Source of the DNA: Selaginella moellendorffii | Taxonomy: Eukaryota; Plantae; Lycopodiophyta | Direction: 5' to 3' | Assembly (NCBI RefSeq): GCF_000143415.4 | Contig: NW_003314317.1 | Location: 1,164,164-1,228,163, forward strand | Length of the DNA: 64,000 nt | In this document: piece after piece, positions 34,545 through 48,546 of the stretch | How the letters are laid out: each line of letters starts with the position of its first letter | Numbering within the stretch: position 1 is the stretch's first letter | Notes under the pieces: generated by a model | Seen by the model: only the letters and a program-made list of their open reading frames with translations | Told to the model about the DNA's origin: nothing | The model's database searches: none | Program-made: the position numbers and the translations under genes

Positions 34545-35021
34545 ATGGCGATTAGGGTTTTAACGTCTCTCCTGCGCCATCGCTCGCCCGCCGCCGCCCT
34601 GGTAAGCTTCTCTCGGCAAGATCTCCCCAAAATCTCTCCCGGAATCGCACGGCGCAGTGATCCCTGCCGCCATTTTGTTGCGCCGCGCGGATCATCATCG
34701 ATCGAGAGGGAACCTGGATCATCGTCGCGCTCCAGGTACCGCTACTCGACATTGAGCGAGAAGAATCACAACAAGGAGCTGGATGATATCAATTCCAAGT
34801 TCGCCGAGGCCAGGGAAGAGATTGAGCTGGCCTCGGAGTCGAAAGAGACGGTGTATTTCAACGAGGAGGCCGAGACCGCTAGAGTGGCTGTGCAGGCGGT
34901 GCTTGACAAGTACCAAGCGCTCCTCGCCAAATTGAGCCCGGAAGAAAAAGGTGGCGTCCAGAGAGCCATGGGGATGAAGATGGAGCAGCTCAAGGCCGAG
35001 CTTGCCCAGCTCAAGGAGTGA
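34545..35021 (+). CDS. Embryogenesis-like (EML-like) small coiled-coil protein, probably organelle-targeted
   Basis: Transit-like N-terminus; conserved INSKFAEAREEIE..SKETVYFNEE..MGMKMEQLKAEL. Confidence 0.75.
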   Translation: MAIRVLTSLLRHRSPAAALVSFSRQDLPKISPGIARRSDPCRHFVAPRGSSSIEREPGSSSRSRYRYSTLSEKNHNKELDDINSKFAEAREEIELASESKETVYFNEEAETARVAVQAVLDKYQALLAKLSPEEKGGVQRAMGMKMEQLKAELAQLKE

Positions 35022-35120
35022 CACCCAAACAAAACAACAAGAGAAGAGATTGCTGAGTACTCCGTTTCTTCTTTTTGCATGGCTTTGTGCCTGATGTCTC
35101 AATCTACTCAAAGGATAACA

Positions 35121-35592
35121 GTGGCTGTGGGATTAGATATTCATTCATTGAGGTGCGCCAGTAAGTGTTTATGGAGTATTAAATATTCATTCATTCATAT
35201 ACGGTTTACAAAGTCTTGCCCAGATATTTAAAAACACCTATTTATCTATGTGCACGAGTAAGTGGCTGTCGAATTAGATATTCATTCATTCATATATTGT
35301 TTACAAAGTCTTGCCCAAAGAAGTGTTGCATTGACTTTAAAAACATCTATTTATCTATGTGCACTATTAGTAAGTGTTTTGAAGTGGCTGTCGAATTAGA
35401 TATTCATTCATTCATATACTGTTTACAAAGTCTTGCCCAACTTGGGGTGTCTTGCACAAACTTTGAAAACAGCTATCTATCTATTTATTTATCTTGTAAT
35501 GCGTCTACCTCTATAAAGCATATGAGATCGAAAGATTTCGAAATGCTGCACTTCTATAAAGTATGAGACCGAAAGACTTAGAAATGCTGCAC
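35121..35592. repeat. Intergenic tandem repeats (~120-140 bp x3, then ~42 bp x2)
   Basis: gtggctgt..attagatattcattcatt at 35121, 35261 and 35383; ctataaag..atgaga..gaaag..gaaatgctgcac twice at ~35511-35592. Confidence 0.8.
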
Positions 35593-36060
35593 CAATAAGT
35601 GTTGCACCTTCAATGGCATCTGCATCTTGAGCCACGTCTTCATCAGAGACTAAAGCGTCCATTGCCTGGTTGCCATTGTCAATCCTGGTCTCCAGTGCTC
35701 CTCACCTCATCTCCTTGGTCCGTGTTGCCCTTCCTCGGCGCCACCTGATATAAGCAAATCAGCTCTTTTATCTTACGCATACAAACAAGTTCGATTATAA
35801 ATTGAGCTCCTTTTCACAGTCAGGTGGGAGCCCTTGCTTGACAGTGACGTGGCATGGCTTTGACTGCTACTTGGGTGGCTGGGATTTTGAGCCCGAATAT
35901 CCCGTGAGTATGCCCATTTTGTTTTATAAACAGGTTTTTGTGTCAAATGGTACCTCGACTGCTTCCTTGATTGGTATGTTTTGGCGGCTTCGCTGCTTTC
36001 TTGGGCTTGATGAATTCCCTGTGGTTTTTTTCTTTCCAGGCCTCTTGATCCATCGAAGCG

Positions 36061-36812
36061 ATGAAGGCCTGGTACATGGACAGCTCTTGCGAGGATCAGA
36101 GGCTTCCTCACCATCTGGATCCTCCGCAATATGTGAGTGAGGAGCATCTCTCAGGTATGGCGGCAGAAATTCTTCTCCTCTTTTCCTGGTTGTGGTGATT
36201 GATCCGAAGGTCCTGCAGAATTGGGGGTTTTGCATTGGGTGATGAATGCCGACGAGTACGAGACGGATCCCCAACTCAAGAAGCTCCGCGAGGAGCGTGG
36301 CTACGATTACGAAGTAGACATATCTTGCTATCTTTTCTTTTCTCTTCTCTGTAAGTTCTATAGTCTCTCTCCACGCGCAGGATTTCATCACTGTCAGCCC
36401 CGACAAGCTGCCGAATTACGAGCACAAAATCAAGACCTTCTACGAGGAGCACATCCACACTGACGAAGAGATTCGCTACTGTCTCGACGGAAGTGGTACT
36501 AAAATCGCGATTTCTCTTGAGAGCTTTACTTGTTTCATTCTTTCTTGTGGCAGGCTACTTTGATGTGCGAGACTCCGATGATCGCTGGATCCGGATATGG
36601 GTCGAAAAGGGCGATATGATCGTCTTGCCTGCCGGTAGTTACCATCGCTTCACAAACGACGAGTCAAACTACATCAAGGTTTTCTTTGATCTTCTTTTTA
36701 CTTCCATTTGCTCGAAGTGTTTTTTTACTTGATAGGCGATGAGGCTTTTCGTTGGAGCTCCCATTTGGACACCTTATAACCGACCTCAAGATGATCATCC
36801 CATCAGGTAGAA

Positions 36813-36848
<36 letters not shown>

Positions 36849-36953
36849 TTTGTTCTTCCAGAGCTTCACTCTTCTCAAATCTACACTTCCAGGCAGCAAT
36901 ACGTCTCTGAAATTCGCAGGAAATCGTCAGGAGCAGGAATAGAGGCGCACTAG
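36061..36953 (+). CDS. ARD: Acireductone dioxygenase (methionine salvage), multi-exon
   Basis: [52 protein letters not shown]. Confidence 0.95.
36815..36845. repeat. (CT)n microsatellite in the last ARD intron
   Basis: ctctctct... run. Confidence 0.9.
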
Positions 36954-37054
36954 AAACCAGATTTGTTTGAAAGTTTAGAAGCACTTCACTCGCATGAGAT
37001 AGCTAGCTAGCTATTCACAGTCCTGTCTAGCAAAATTTGTATCAAGTTACCTGG

Positions 37055-38960
37055 TTACCACTGACCGAGCGCTTGGCCCATTTTGATCCTCTGGCCCTTC
37101 TCGACTGTGAAGTTAAAGCCCTGGTAAGGATTGTCTAGGACCTTGAAAAGATCTTCCACTTCCCCTGGAGCCTCGAACACCATCACCACAGTTGATCCAA
37201 GGTTGAACGTGGCTACCTGAAACATAAAGAGGCTCTCAAAAGGATCTCCACAAAAATAATGACTTGCCTCGTCACCCTTTCTTATGCAGTAGCCACAGTT
37301 TTCTTTGATTGACGACTCTGCCTTGGGGATGTTTGTCTTCAAATCTGGCTCGAACTTTAGCTGTTGTCAAGCAAAAGATTTAGTCAAGAGAAGCTATACA
37401 GAACTTGATACACACGAATCATATCTTACCTCAATCGAGCCACAGTTCGTTGCTCCGACTAAAGCCATGGACATGAGTCCCTCCTGCCATTCCCCTTCCA
37501 GCACAATCTGGACGAAAGAGATGTGATCAGACTCATATCTGCTGCACAGTACTGCAACTTACTCGCTCATTGACAACATAGAGATTCTTAATTGTCCTGG
37601 CGGCACGCGCATTGACAGGATACAGATCTCCTGGACAATTGGAAATGGAGAAAAGCACTTTAAAATGCACCCAGCTTAAAAGGCATTCAAACTTGTACCT
37701 GAGAAATGACGCCGATTCTCTATGCACCAGTTGGAAGGAGAATGCACGCGGTGATAATCTCCAGGGCCCAGATACAAAACGCAATAGAAAAGTGCGCGAG
37801 GGGGCCTGGAAAGATAAAGGCATCCAAACATCACGCAAAAAACGAAGGTACCTTACCTTACCTCACTTCCTTGGGCCGCTTGTCAGTGCCTGGTGACCGC
37901 CAGAATGTAAATATACTTCGGGACGATTTCTTTTCTTCTGGTGCCGCTGCAGTCTTTATCGGATTCGGCTCAAAGCCAAGGAGAGCAGACAGCGAGTACG
38001 TAAATCCTTTCACTTGCTCTACCTTCGCTCCCGGTTGCGCAACACGGCCATACCTCGTGACTATGCCATCCACAGGGCTCAGCTGTGCATTATGAGAATT
38101 CAGCTATCAGCAGGAAAACAATAAGACAAGACAGACTTACCATACAGTTTTCTCGAGTGTCGATCGGCCGTGCTCCTGCTTTCAGTCCTCTGGCAAAAAA
38201 CTCGCGAAGCGAGGAGTACTCCTCCAGAGACAGAGGTACCTCGTCCAGGTCTGAACAACACATTTAAGTTAAGCTTTTCGCAAGTCCTGTACATATACCT
38301 GTGTGAAACGCTCGAGCCCAGCCCTTGTACACATAAGGTCGTGACCACGTAGGCAAGTTCTAAGAGAAGAAAAAAAATAAGAAACATATAAACAATGCAT
38401 GAAACCTGACTTACAATCGACGAGATCGATCCCCAGACACGAGAGATGAAGCGCAGTGGCAACAGTCGTAGAAACGAGGCCTGGAAAACAAGAAAGAAAA
38501 TGTAGGAACCATAGACCTTTCCAAAAACCCGGAAACTCTTCTAGTGTACCTTGGTGTCTGGAGAAAACTCTGGCTCGATTCCATTTTGTATCGCAAGCTC
38601 CATCTAGAAACAAAGCAAACCATCCATCAGCATTGTCACATCACAGGCTACCCTCGAAAAAAATCCACCTGTTTCTCCTCGTAAATTCTCTTTCCTTGCA
38701 GCACTGCGACCATCGCCAGTGTCGCGACTGTAGCGCCGGGAAGAAAAGACCTAGCTGCGCCATGCAAGAAAAGAAGCATTCGGATGCGGAATAGGATCGA
38801 TCGAGCTCTCACCTTTGCCCGCTGCTGATCCCGCCGGCTGCCGCTCCCGCGCCACAGATTCTTCCTCGGCGGCCGCGGCAGCGGTGGCGCCGGATGCCGA
38901 AGAGCTGAATCGCGCGCGCGATCGCGCCCTCCATCGCAATATTTTGGAGAGGAGCGCCAT
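37055..38960 (-). CDS. PSD1: Phosphatidylserine decarboxylase 1 (mitochondrial type), multi-exon
   Basis: [46 protein letters not shown] and the FNLGST self-cleavage motif. Confidence 0.93.
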
Positions 38961-39240
38961 GCAAGAAGAGCTTGCCCTACTCACGGTGCTTCTACTAAAA
39001 TTCCTTATATATTCTCTAGAAAATCTTTGGTTGGTTTCGTGGAGCTCAAGATATCCTTTCAAGAAGCCTACGATCGTGTTTTTCTTCCAAGTTCGTCCAC
39101 AGAGAACCCCAAGTAAGCTCGATCGAGAGCTTTTTTACCGATCGATCGATCTTGCTAGAGTGGAGATTTTCACAGCAAAAGAACTATGGGATTTCGAGCT
39201 CGATTCCTTGTAGGGGGTTTAGGGTTTAAAGCTTGGTGTG

Positions 39241-40942
39241 ATGCTGCGGAGACGCCTCTCTTCGCTCTTTCGACGGGCAAATGTGGCCTTTTTCTCGCAA
39301 TCTTCGCCGGGCTCGGGTTTGATCGATCTTTGCCTCGGTTTGTGCAATGGATTTGATTTTCTTTTTCCTCGCAGGCTCGCTCGATGTTGCTGAAAATCTC
39401 AATAGCAGGTAAGCCGCATTGGCATTTCATGCCATCGTGTTATGAGCTTCTTCCTCGTTGTTCTATCTCTTCTTGGCATCGCATGCAGTGTGGATTTAAA
39501 TTCTTAGAGAAGTTCTTGCCATCGTTTTCGAGCTTGATTCTTTCTAGCCTAATGGTAGCATGATCTTTCTTCTTTCTTTCTCTTTTCTAGGATCGTCATA
39601 CCAAACAAGCAACGAAAGAGAGTCAAGCCAGGGGTGATCTCACGAGAGTTGGCTCTACCGAAAAACACAAAGAGGCCCATGTACGCGCGAGAAACTGTGC
39701 GAGGAACTCCAGAGCAGCCACTCGAGCCTCAGGTGCACGATGAGCACGACCGAAAATCCATGAGAACTTCGTGCCGGTTGGCTGCTCAGGTCTTGGAATA
39801 CGCTGGAACTCTTGTCAAGGTAACAATCACCGCTAGATTTCTCTCAGAAAGAAAAAGGAAGTCTGATTGTTTTCCTTCAAAAGCCAGGGGTCACGACCGA
39901 TTACATTGATAGGCAAGCTCACAAGTTGATCATGAACTCTGGAGCGTATCCCTCTCCGCTCAGATATGCGCGATTTCCAAAGAGCATTTGCACTTCAGTA
40001 AACGATGTTATATGTCATGGAATCCCGGATTCCCGTCCGTTGGAGGCAAGATCTCTTTTTTCTCTTTCTGTTTTCTTCTTCCCAGATCAAGCTTCTCTTA
40101 CTCCAGCTGCTGCTTTAGGATGGCGATATCATAAACATCGATGTCACGGTGTACAGAAGCGTAAGGTTTCCACTTCTAGTTTTTCCAGGATTGTTAGCTT
40201 TGATTGATTTCCTTGTTGCAGGGATTTCACGGCGACACATCGAAGACGTTTCTTTGCGGCAATGTCGACGACGAGCTCAAACAGCTGGTGGATGTAAGCT
40301 CTTTCCATTTTTCCTTTTCCAAATCGATATTATTTGTGTTTCTTCTGATCTTTTCTCTGGTTTTTTTTTCTTTTGCGTAGGTAACTCGAGAGTGTTTAAC
40401 CATGGCGATTTCTATCTGTGGCCCTGGAGTTGACTACAGACTCATTGGAGAAACAATCAAGTAAATAAAAGTGTTATCTTTGTTGCCTCACAGGATCTTT
40501 TTATTCTTCTTCCTAGTGAAATTGCCGATCGCTACAACTATGGCATCGTTCGAGACTTTCTCGGTCATGGCATTGGCAGATACTTCCATTCCGCTCCAGC
40601 GATCATACCTTACCGTAAGCGTTTTCTTCTTTTGCAGCTCCAAAGTTTCTTAAGTTTCATGAATCCTTTCTTTCCAGGCAATAGAATTCCTGGAAAAATG
40701 CAAGTGGGAGAAACATTCACTATAGGCAAGACAAGAAAGAAGGAAAAAACTCTCTCGTTTAATAGCTCTCACGTCTATGCTCTGATCTCGCAGAGCCCAT
40801 TTTAACGACTGGAGGAACGGAGTATCAGATTTGGAACGATGGTTGGACAGCAGTAACTAAGGATGGTAGCTATGCAGCACAGTTTGAGCACACTGTGCTC
40901 ATCCTAGAAACTGGTGTAGAGATTCTAACACTGCCTCTCTGA
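39241..40942 (+). CDS. MAP1: Methionine aminopeptidase type 1 (organellar MAP1B/D-like), multi-exon; start uncertain
   Basis: [50 protein letters not shown]. Confidence 0.92.
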
Positions 40943-42211
40943 GACTTGTTTTCCATAGATTTTGAATTGTTAACATTAGCATTAGGCCAAAACTACAAAC
41001 TTTTAAACTTGTTTTTTAATATTTATTTTATTACTAAAAGGGAATTTTATATAGCTTTAGGATACATTTTTTAACTGCTTTTGTGAGGGGCAAGTGTACA
41101 GCTACGATGCCGTATACTAATATTAGCGTAGTAGATTTTGGTAGCCGTCGGATTGGTTTCAATCCAGACCACTCGCTCCTGTATATAAGCTAAGGTTTTT
41201 GGGCTAATTGAGATGCACATTTATGTATTCCCTTTCCATATTCCATGCACTCACATTGGTGGAGATGAGGGGCACCTTTGATTGTCCCTAGGGAGTGCTT
41301 GGATTTGGGATTTCAGTTTAGATCTAGCTTTTGCATTGTCTAGATCTAGCTTTTTCCATTTCCTTTCTTTTGTTCTTTCCTTTCAGGATTTTGGTTTAGA
41401 TCTAGCTTTTTGCATTGTCTACATCTACCATTTCTTTCCAGCTTTTTGTCATTTCTCTTCTTTTGCTCTTTCTTTTTCATTCATTTTCATGGCCGATCCG
41501 CAATCTCCTCCTTTGACTCTAGAGTAGCAGTTGGTTCAATTGCTTGATGCTATGCACTTGCAATTGAACAACCAAACTCAATTGATGGCGGTGTTCACGG
41601 CACATGGTACAACTCCTCCTGCTTTTAGTGCCAATCCTCGCGTTCGGCCGGAGTTCTTTCATGGGAATCCTGGGGATGATGTGTACCATTGGTTCGATCA
41701 CTTCACGGTGATTGCCACATATCATTCTTAGGATGATGCTCGACGTTTGCGTGAGTTCCCCACATGTCTCCAAGGGACGGCATTGCAGTGGTACAATGGA
41801 TTGAGCGCAGCTACTTGTGGCGATTGGAGTGTTCTTCCGGACGTTTTCAAACGCGCCTTCGGACACGCCGACGATTGTGATGATGCCTTCCAACAATTGC
41901 ATCGTCTTCGCCAAGGGCCATCTGAGTCGGTGATGCAATTTGGCGTTCGTTTCCGAAGTCTTTTGCTTCGTGCGGAGCCAAATATGTGTGAGACACAAAA
42001 TCCCTAGGCCCCAAAGTGGAGCTGGAAGGGCGCCACATGGTAGTGGCCGAAGCGAGAGCCAAACGAGCGTAACACGTTTGGACCAAAAGCTCCGACTTGA
42101 AAAGTCAAGAGTGGGAGTGGAACTCCCAACGAAGTGCTCGAGGAACGAGCACGAAGCGAGCAAAAGGCGAGGCTCCAAAAAGGGACCCAAAAGGGCCAAC
42201 ACATGACACGT

Positions 42212-42588
42212 GGGAGTCCGAGATGGACCCGAGTTGGAGTCCGAAGTGGAGTCCGAGATGGACCAGAGTTGGAGTCCGAAGTGGAGTCCGAGATGGACCC
42301 GAGTTGGAGTCCGAGATGGAGTCCGAGATGGAGTCCGAGGTGGACCTGAGATGGACCCGAAATGGAGTCCGAGATGGAGTCCGAGATGGACCCGAGATGG
42401 AGTCCGAGATGGAGTCCGAGGTGGACCCGAGATGGACCCGAAATGGAGTCCGAGATGGAGTCCGAGATGGACCCGAGATGGAGTCCGAGATGGAGTCCGA
42501 GATGGACCCGAGATGGACCCGAGATGGAGTCCGAGATGGAGTCCGAGATGGAGTCCGAGATGGAGTCCGAAGTCAAGACCGAGACCGG

Positions 42589-42620
<32 letters not shown>

Positions 42621-42730
42621 TCGGGACCGAGACCGAGACCGAGGCCGAGGCCGAGACCGAGCCCGAGCCCGAGTCCGAGTCCGAGTCCGAGTCCGAGTCC
42701 GAGTCCGAGTCCAAGTCCGAGTCCGGAGCC
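42212..42730. repeat. CCGAG-core mini/microsatellite array in the nested 5' LTR
   Basis: GAGTCCGAGATG / GACCCGAGATG units grading into GACCGA and GTCCGA hexamers. Confidence 0.95.
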
Positions 42731-45700
42731 TGAGAGGGTGAAAGCCCAAAGCGTTCGTCTCCCAGACCCTGGGGGGTTTGGTGAGCTCCAAAAGTATAGT
42801 AGGGGGAGGACTGCAGTGGAGCCAGTTTAGCCAGGAAAGGCCAGTTTGGCCCAGGAAGGCTGGACCCAGTGTTGGGTGATGAGCTGCCCACTGGGAAGTC
42901 CAAGACTAGAGTGAACACGGACCGACAAGCGGGGTAGTTTGGTGAAGTGTTCAAGAGCCGGCTCTAGTTCCCCCGGGAGATCGACTGGCCGATGCTCCCA
43001 GTCCAAGTGTGGGTGGCACTACCTACTTGGATACCAGGCGTGGCTCAACGGAACCTCGCTCTAAGCCCATGGCTAGAGCACCTAAAGGCGATAGGTGGGG
43101 AGAGTACCCAGGTGGCTCGCGTAAGGCCACGGTGTTCCGAAATGTTGTCCCAAAGGCCCAGACTGTGGAAAGGAAGAGGAGCAGTCCTCTGGAGAAGTGA
43201 CCAAGGACACAGTCGTGTGGTGAAGAAGTCCCAGAGGACCGTGAGACTTAGTGGTCGGGCCTGTGGGCCTCGATCCAGTGGCAGTGTTGGCAAACACGGC
43301 CAAGGGCAGAAAGGGACTTAGTGGGGACTGATAGAGGGATATTGGGGAAGGCTATTCCCCTTGTTAGTGGGCATCCTAAGGATGCTAAGGAGTGGATCTG
43401 AGATGACCACTCACGGATGGTTTGCCTAGTCTTGGAGAGCCAAGACTGTGATGCAAGTGGTATTGGACTACCAGTGTGGCAAAGGTGATTGGGCATGGCC
43501 TTAGCGTAACGGGCTGCCATGTCGGTGGTACCTTTGAGTGTCGGTCATGGGATCGGACACGTGGAGCACTTGGACCAAGTGTAAATGTTGAGTGGCATGG
43601 ATGCCATTCTCGGGGCTAGCAAGTCCCAAGTCCTGGATTGGACTGATGGAGGTTGTGAATGAGACTCCTCCAAGTGGTCGGAGGTGTGGTTAAGTGACTA
43701 AAGTAGAACGGAAAATTTAGTCGCTTACAATTTGGTATCGGAGCTGTTCCTTAGTCCGACTTTTATTGGTGCTCAAGTATATCACCACTAGTGTTGGCAT
43801 CGGAAGGTCCGAGGAGTGGGCCTATCCTTGAGGAGTAGCAAGTCGGGAAGACATGGCTCTCCATTACAGTTCATGTGTGAACTTGTAGACGAGGTGGTGG
43901 ATAGAAAAGGGCCAATAATGGAACGACTTTGGGATCTTGGGAACAGTATATGGTTTTCCTCAAAGAGTTGAGGATGTGATCCAGATGAGCGTTTGACTTA
44001 GCAAACTGGCTAATGTAGTTGTGGTAAACAACTACAGTTGGGATCACGGGAAAGATAAAGACTCCAAAGCAATAAAGGAGTCACAAGATTTTCCTCATAT
44101 AGTTGAGGTTGGTGCTCATGAATGTGAGACCAGAAGTAATGACCGTGGGAGGTCAAATACAGAAGAGGACTCAAGTCCTTGAAAAGGTAGCCGGGGCTAC
44201 CTCTAATAAATGCTGGAACAACCCAAGGAGTTGGGGGTGTATTAAGTGGATGAGTTGGTGTTCTCATCACATGGACAAGTAGTCCTAAGGGGCAAAGGTT
44301 GCCCCCAAAGAACAAAATCAGGTGTCGGAGTAACACTTGTGAAAATAGTCCTTTTGAGTAGGACAGGAATGCAAGAAGTGTATTCCAGTGAGCTAGTGCC
44401 TCACAAGTAGGACCTTACGGGTCTGTGGATTAACCAAGTCCAAAACTGCTGGATGACTCAAGTAGAGTCAACGGATGGTCCTAAAAGGACTGATGGAAGC
44501 ATTTTGACTGAGGTGTGTTGTACCCCACGAAGGATGGGGGGGGATCATAGGATCCAAGGATGAGAACAGAGGCTATCTCATTAATGGCAAAATGTGCCAT
44601 GATAAAGTTATGGGAAAGGTGTTCCCAGAAGAAAACAACTTTGACACAAAGTTGTGTGTGACCTCTATGGTGCAGTGCTAACAGGTGGTTGGCATGAGAA
44701 AGAGCGGTGTTGGTCTTGGCAAAGACTTAGACACAAAGGGGAAGTGTCATAGAGGTAGGCTCGTGGAGCCGATGGTGTGGAGACACCAAATGTGCCAAGG
44801 TGTGATACCTTGAGGCTATGTTGGTGGGTTCATGAGAACCCCTTGCCAAAGGAATCTCAATGGAAATGGGAATGGCATAGCCTAAGCTGCAGAGCATGCA
44901 GTTGAAGTGTGGTGACCCAGATAATGATGGAGGTGTGGAAGCACCAAGCAATGAGTTGTAGGACTTGACAACTATGAGGCAACTAAGCAAGAGGTGCAGA
45001 ATAACTGGTTAAACGGGTAGAAGGTAGCTACCCAAGACTTCTTAATAGCATAGGGAAGTTGGATATACCCTTACGGGGGATAAGTTACTTGTGTTGCGAT
45101 ATAGTAAGTCAATGTCATAAAAGGAAATACTCATTGTCAAGAAAGCCATCATTGGGACACCCGAACACTCTAGAACACCAGAAGGTGGTGTTTGATGTCG
45201 CGAGGGCAATGGATAAAGCCCAAGGGACTCAGTCCCTAGCGAATGATGGATAGAAGGTGCTATCCAAATGTCCAAGGTTGCGGAGACAGGAGAGGACTGT
45301 CTACCTGAGTTGGACAAAGCCAAAAATGGAATTTTGGCAAGGCTAGTGATGGGCATGTAAAGGCCCATAAGTAACAATGTAATCCCAGTGTGTGGGATTA
45401 TAAGGTGAGCATACCCGGATTGAGGAACCACTCCCTAGGCTATTGGGTAGGTTCATCCCTAAGAATACTTGCTAAAACATTATAGAAAGTGCAAAGCTAT
45501 CCTCCTGGTCTGGAGGAGAATGACCAAAGGAAAGGTGTGAAGCCAAAAAGCAAGAAGTAAGGGGATAGAACCGAACCGTAGGAATCAAAGGGCATAACTA
45601 AGGTTGGTTATGCCAGCTGGGAGTGGAGAATCAAGTGGGGGCTCGAGGGTGTTGCCGCTAGCAACCGTGATGCCATGGAGAGTCTAAAATATGGAATTGT

Positions 45701-48055
45701 CCATGTTAGACTATGTGGCATTTGGAAGGCTTGCAAAAAGGGAGGCTTTAGCAAGCTAAGGGACAGAGTTCCTTCAAGGTTCCCAAAGATGATTCTAGGT
45801 AGCGTAGTACCTAAAAAGGCCAAGCGTAAATGGTTCAAGGAACGCGCGAAATCAGAGTGGCGCAGCAGAAGCGTGGTCTTGAAGCTTGCCATGAGGCAAG
45901 GCTATCAAGGTTAGGGAAGAAGTTCCTGAGTGTTCAAAGAGAGGGCTTTGAACGAAAGTCGGTGATCAAGGGCTTTCACGCTTGTGCAGGAACCATGTTA
46001 CAGTGGTCGAAGGACTTGCCAAAGCGAGATTGGCGAGTCAGGGGAACAAATACCCTAGTTGAAGGTGATAACTTCAAAAAGGGTGGGCCATGGGGCCAAG
46101 CATGGAGGAGTCCATGCATGATCACAGGCCTGTCAAGTGAGAGGACTTGGCAGTGGGGAGGAACTAGGTTCCTAAGTTGTGATCTATAGCGCGCTTTAAA
46201 AATGAGTTGGTGCACCGGCGTGGGGAGTCACGCCAGGCATCTTGTGTGATGCCGTCCGTAGATGCATATACGGAGGTTGGGTTCGAGTCCCGACCCTCTA
46301 GTGCTTGGGTTCGAGTCCCAAATCACTAGGGCGTGGTGATGGTTTGGAATATGAGGACACTTATATTTCGGTGGTCATGGACTCTCAGTGGGGAGACTGG
46401 TTTGGGCACACCGCCAAGCGAGGGATGCCTCGGAGTCGTGATGCACGGTTAGATTGCTTAGTGTGAAAGCTTAGCATATCTAACTTGAACGCTTTGGTGC
46501 AAGTGGCACCAAGGTCGTGGTGAGTGAGATGGGGACACCTAATCTCAGTTGCTATGAACCCTTGGCCGTAAGGGCTGGCTTGGGTGCACCGCCAAGTGTG
46601 GGGGATGCCCCCGGGGTTATAGTCAACAACTTGGAGGTCTAGAAGACCAAGTACCTCTTGGCAACTCTGTTAAGGTGCCAAGGTGAGATCACTAGGTGAT
46701 CTTATGGCCAGATAAGGACAAGGTCCTTGGTTGGTTAAGGAATGAAGTTCCTGGTTCAAAATGTTGAAATTGAACTGTTTAAGGTGGTGTGGCTTGGTCG
46801 TGATGACCAAGTGGGAAGAGCACCTAAGGGAAATAAACTATGTCCGTGCGATGGCATAGTGAGTCCGAGGAAAGTAGTCTCTATAAAAGACCCATGGGAG
46901 GGTCACGAAGTTGGGCCGTGGATAGAGCCCATAGCAGAAGATGCTAAAGAGACGTACTAGGGGTGAACATCCTCCGGACTTGGTAAAGAAGAGTCTTTGC
47001 TATGGAACCGAAACAATACCTCAAGGAGGGAGGTAGAGATTCGATGTTGCTTGGTGCAACAATCAACGGATAAGAGCAAAAGATGAGTGGCCAAGATAGG
47101 GCCGTGGAATCCCTTGGAAGGAATCCAAGTGACAAAGTTAGGCGAGGAACACTAATGTGTTGGACGCTAACAAGTTGCGGGAAAGGAAGTGTGTTTCCAA
47201 GGAGGGATTCCGAAATGCTCCGATTTGGCGAAAGTGGAAGCTCCAAGGGAGGGAGCGGTAAGGTAGCCAAATGATAGGGCCATGAACAGCCCTAGCACAA
47301 AGTATGATAACTGGAACTTTGGCACGAAATAGAAGAGAGGATGATGGTGCCCTCAAGTAGAGAACTTCCTAGGATGGGAAGTGGAGTTGCACAAAAGGTG
47401 CAAGGCAAGGTGTCGGAGACACCTAGGAAATTGACTCCAAGAAGTCAAAATTCAAAGTTCCAAAGTGCAAAGGTTATATCGATGGAAATTGAGACTACTC
47501 GAGAAGGAGTAGTGGGATTGACTTAGAGAAGGGTCTCTAAGAGGTTTAGCGAGAACTAAACCAATAAAAGGAGAGAACCACTATATGTGGTCCAATCAGT
47601 CTCTAAGTTGGAGAGACTACCCTCTTTAGAGGATATGCAAAAGGCATGGTGAGCCTTCAATGTCCAACCATTGACGAATATGGAGAAGGCATGGTGAGCC
47701 TTCAATGTCAAACCATTGACAAATATTGGCTAGGTGCCAAGGATGGAAATGGTAACACACGCGAGTGTTACTTTACAAAATGGTTTACCGTTCGATGAGG
47801 ACATCGAACTTCGTCTATGGGTGGTGGAGTTGTGAGACACAAAATCCCTAGGCCCCAAAGTGGAGATGGAAGGGCGCCACATGGTAGTGGCCGAAGCGAG
47901 AGCCAAACGAGCGTAACACGTTTGGACCAAAAGCTCCGACTTGAAAAGTCAAGAGTGGGAGTGGAACTCCCAACGAAGTGCTCGAGGAACGAGCACGAAG
48001 CGAGCAAAAGGCGAGGCTCCAAAAAGGGACCCAAAAGGGCCAACACATGACACGT

Positions 48056-48514
48056 GGGAGTCCGAGATGGACCCGAGTTGGAGTCCGAAGTGGAGTCCGA
48101 GATGGACCCGAGTTGGAGTCCGAAGTGGAGTCCGAGATGGACCCGAGTTGGAGTCCGAAGTGGAGTCCGAGATGGACCAGAGTTGGAGTCCGAAGTGGAG
48201 TCCGAGATGGACCCGAGTTGGAGTCCGAGATGGAGTCCAAGATGGAGTCCGAGGTGGACCCGAGATGGACCCGAAATGGAGTCCGAGATGGAGTCCGAGA
48301 TGGACCCGAGATGGAGTCCGAGATGGAGTCCGAGGTGGACCCGAGATGGACCCGAAATGGAGTCCGAGATGGAGTCCGAGATGGACCCGAGATGGAGTCC
48401 GAGATGGAGTCCGAGATGGAGTCCGAGATGGACCCGAGATGGACCCGAGATGGAGTCCGAGATGGAGTCCGAGATGGAGTCCGAGATGGAGTCCGAAGTC
48501 AAGACCGAGACCGG

Positions 48515-48546
<32 letters not shown>

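Noticed and set aside
42212-42730. CRISPR-like array
   Set aside because: No unique spacers, no cas genes, eukaryotic LTR context.
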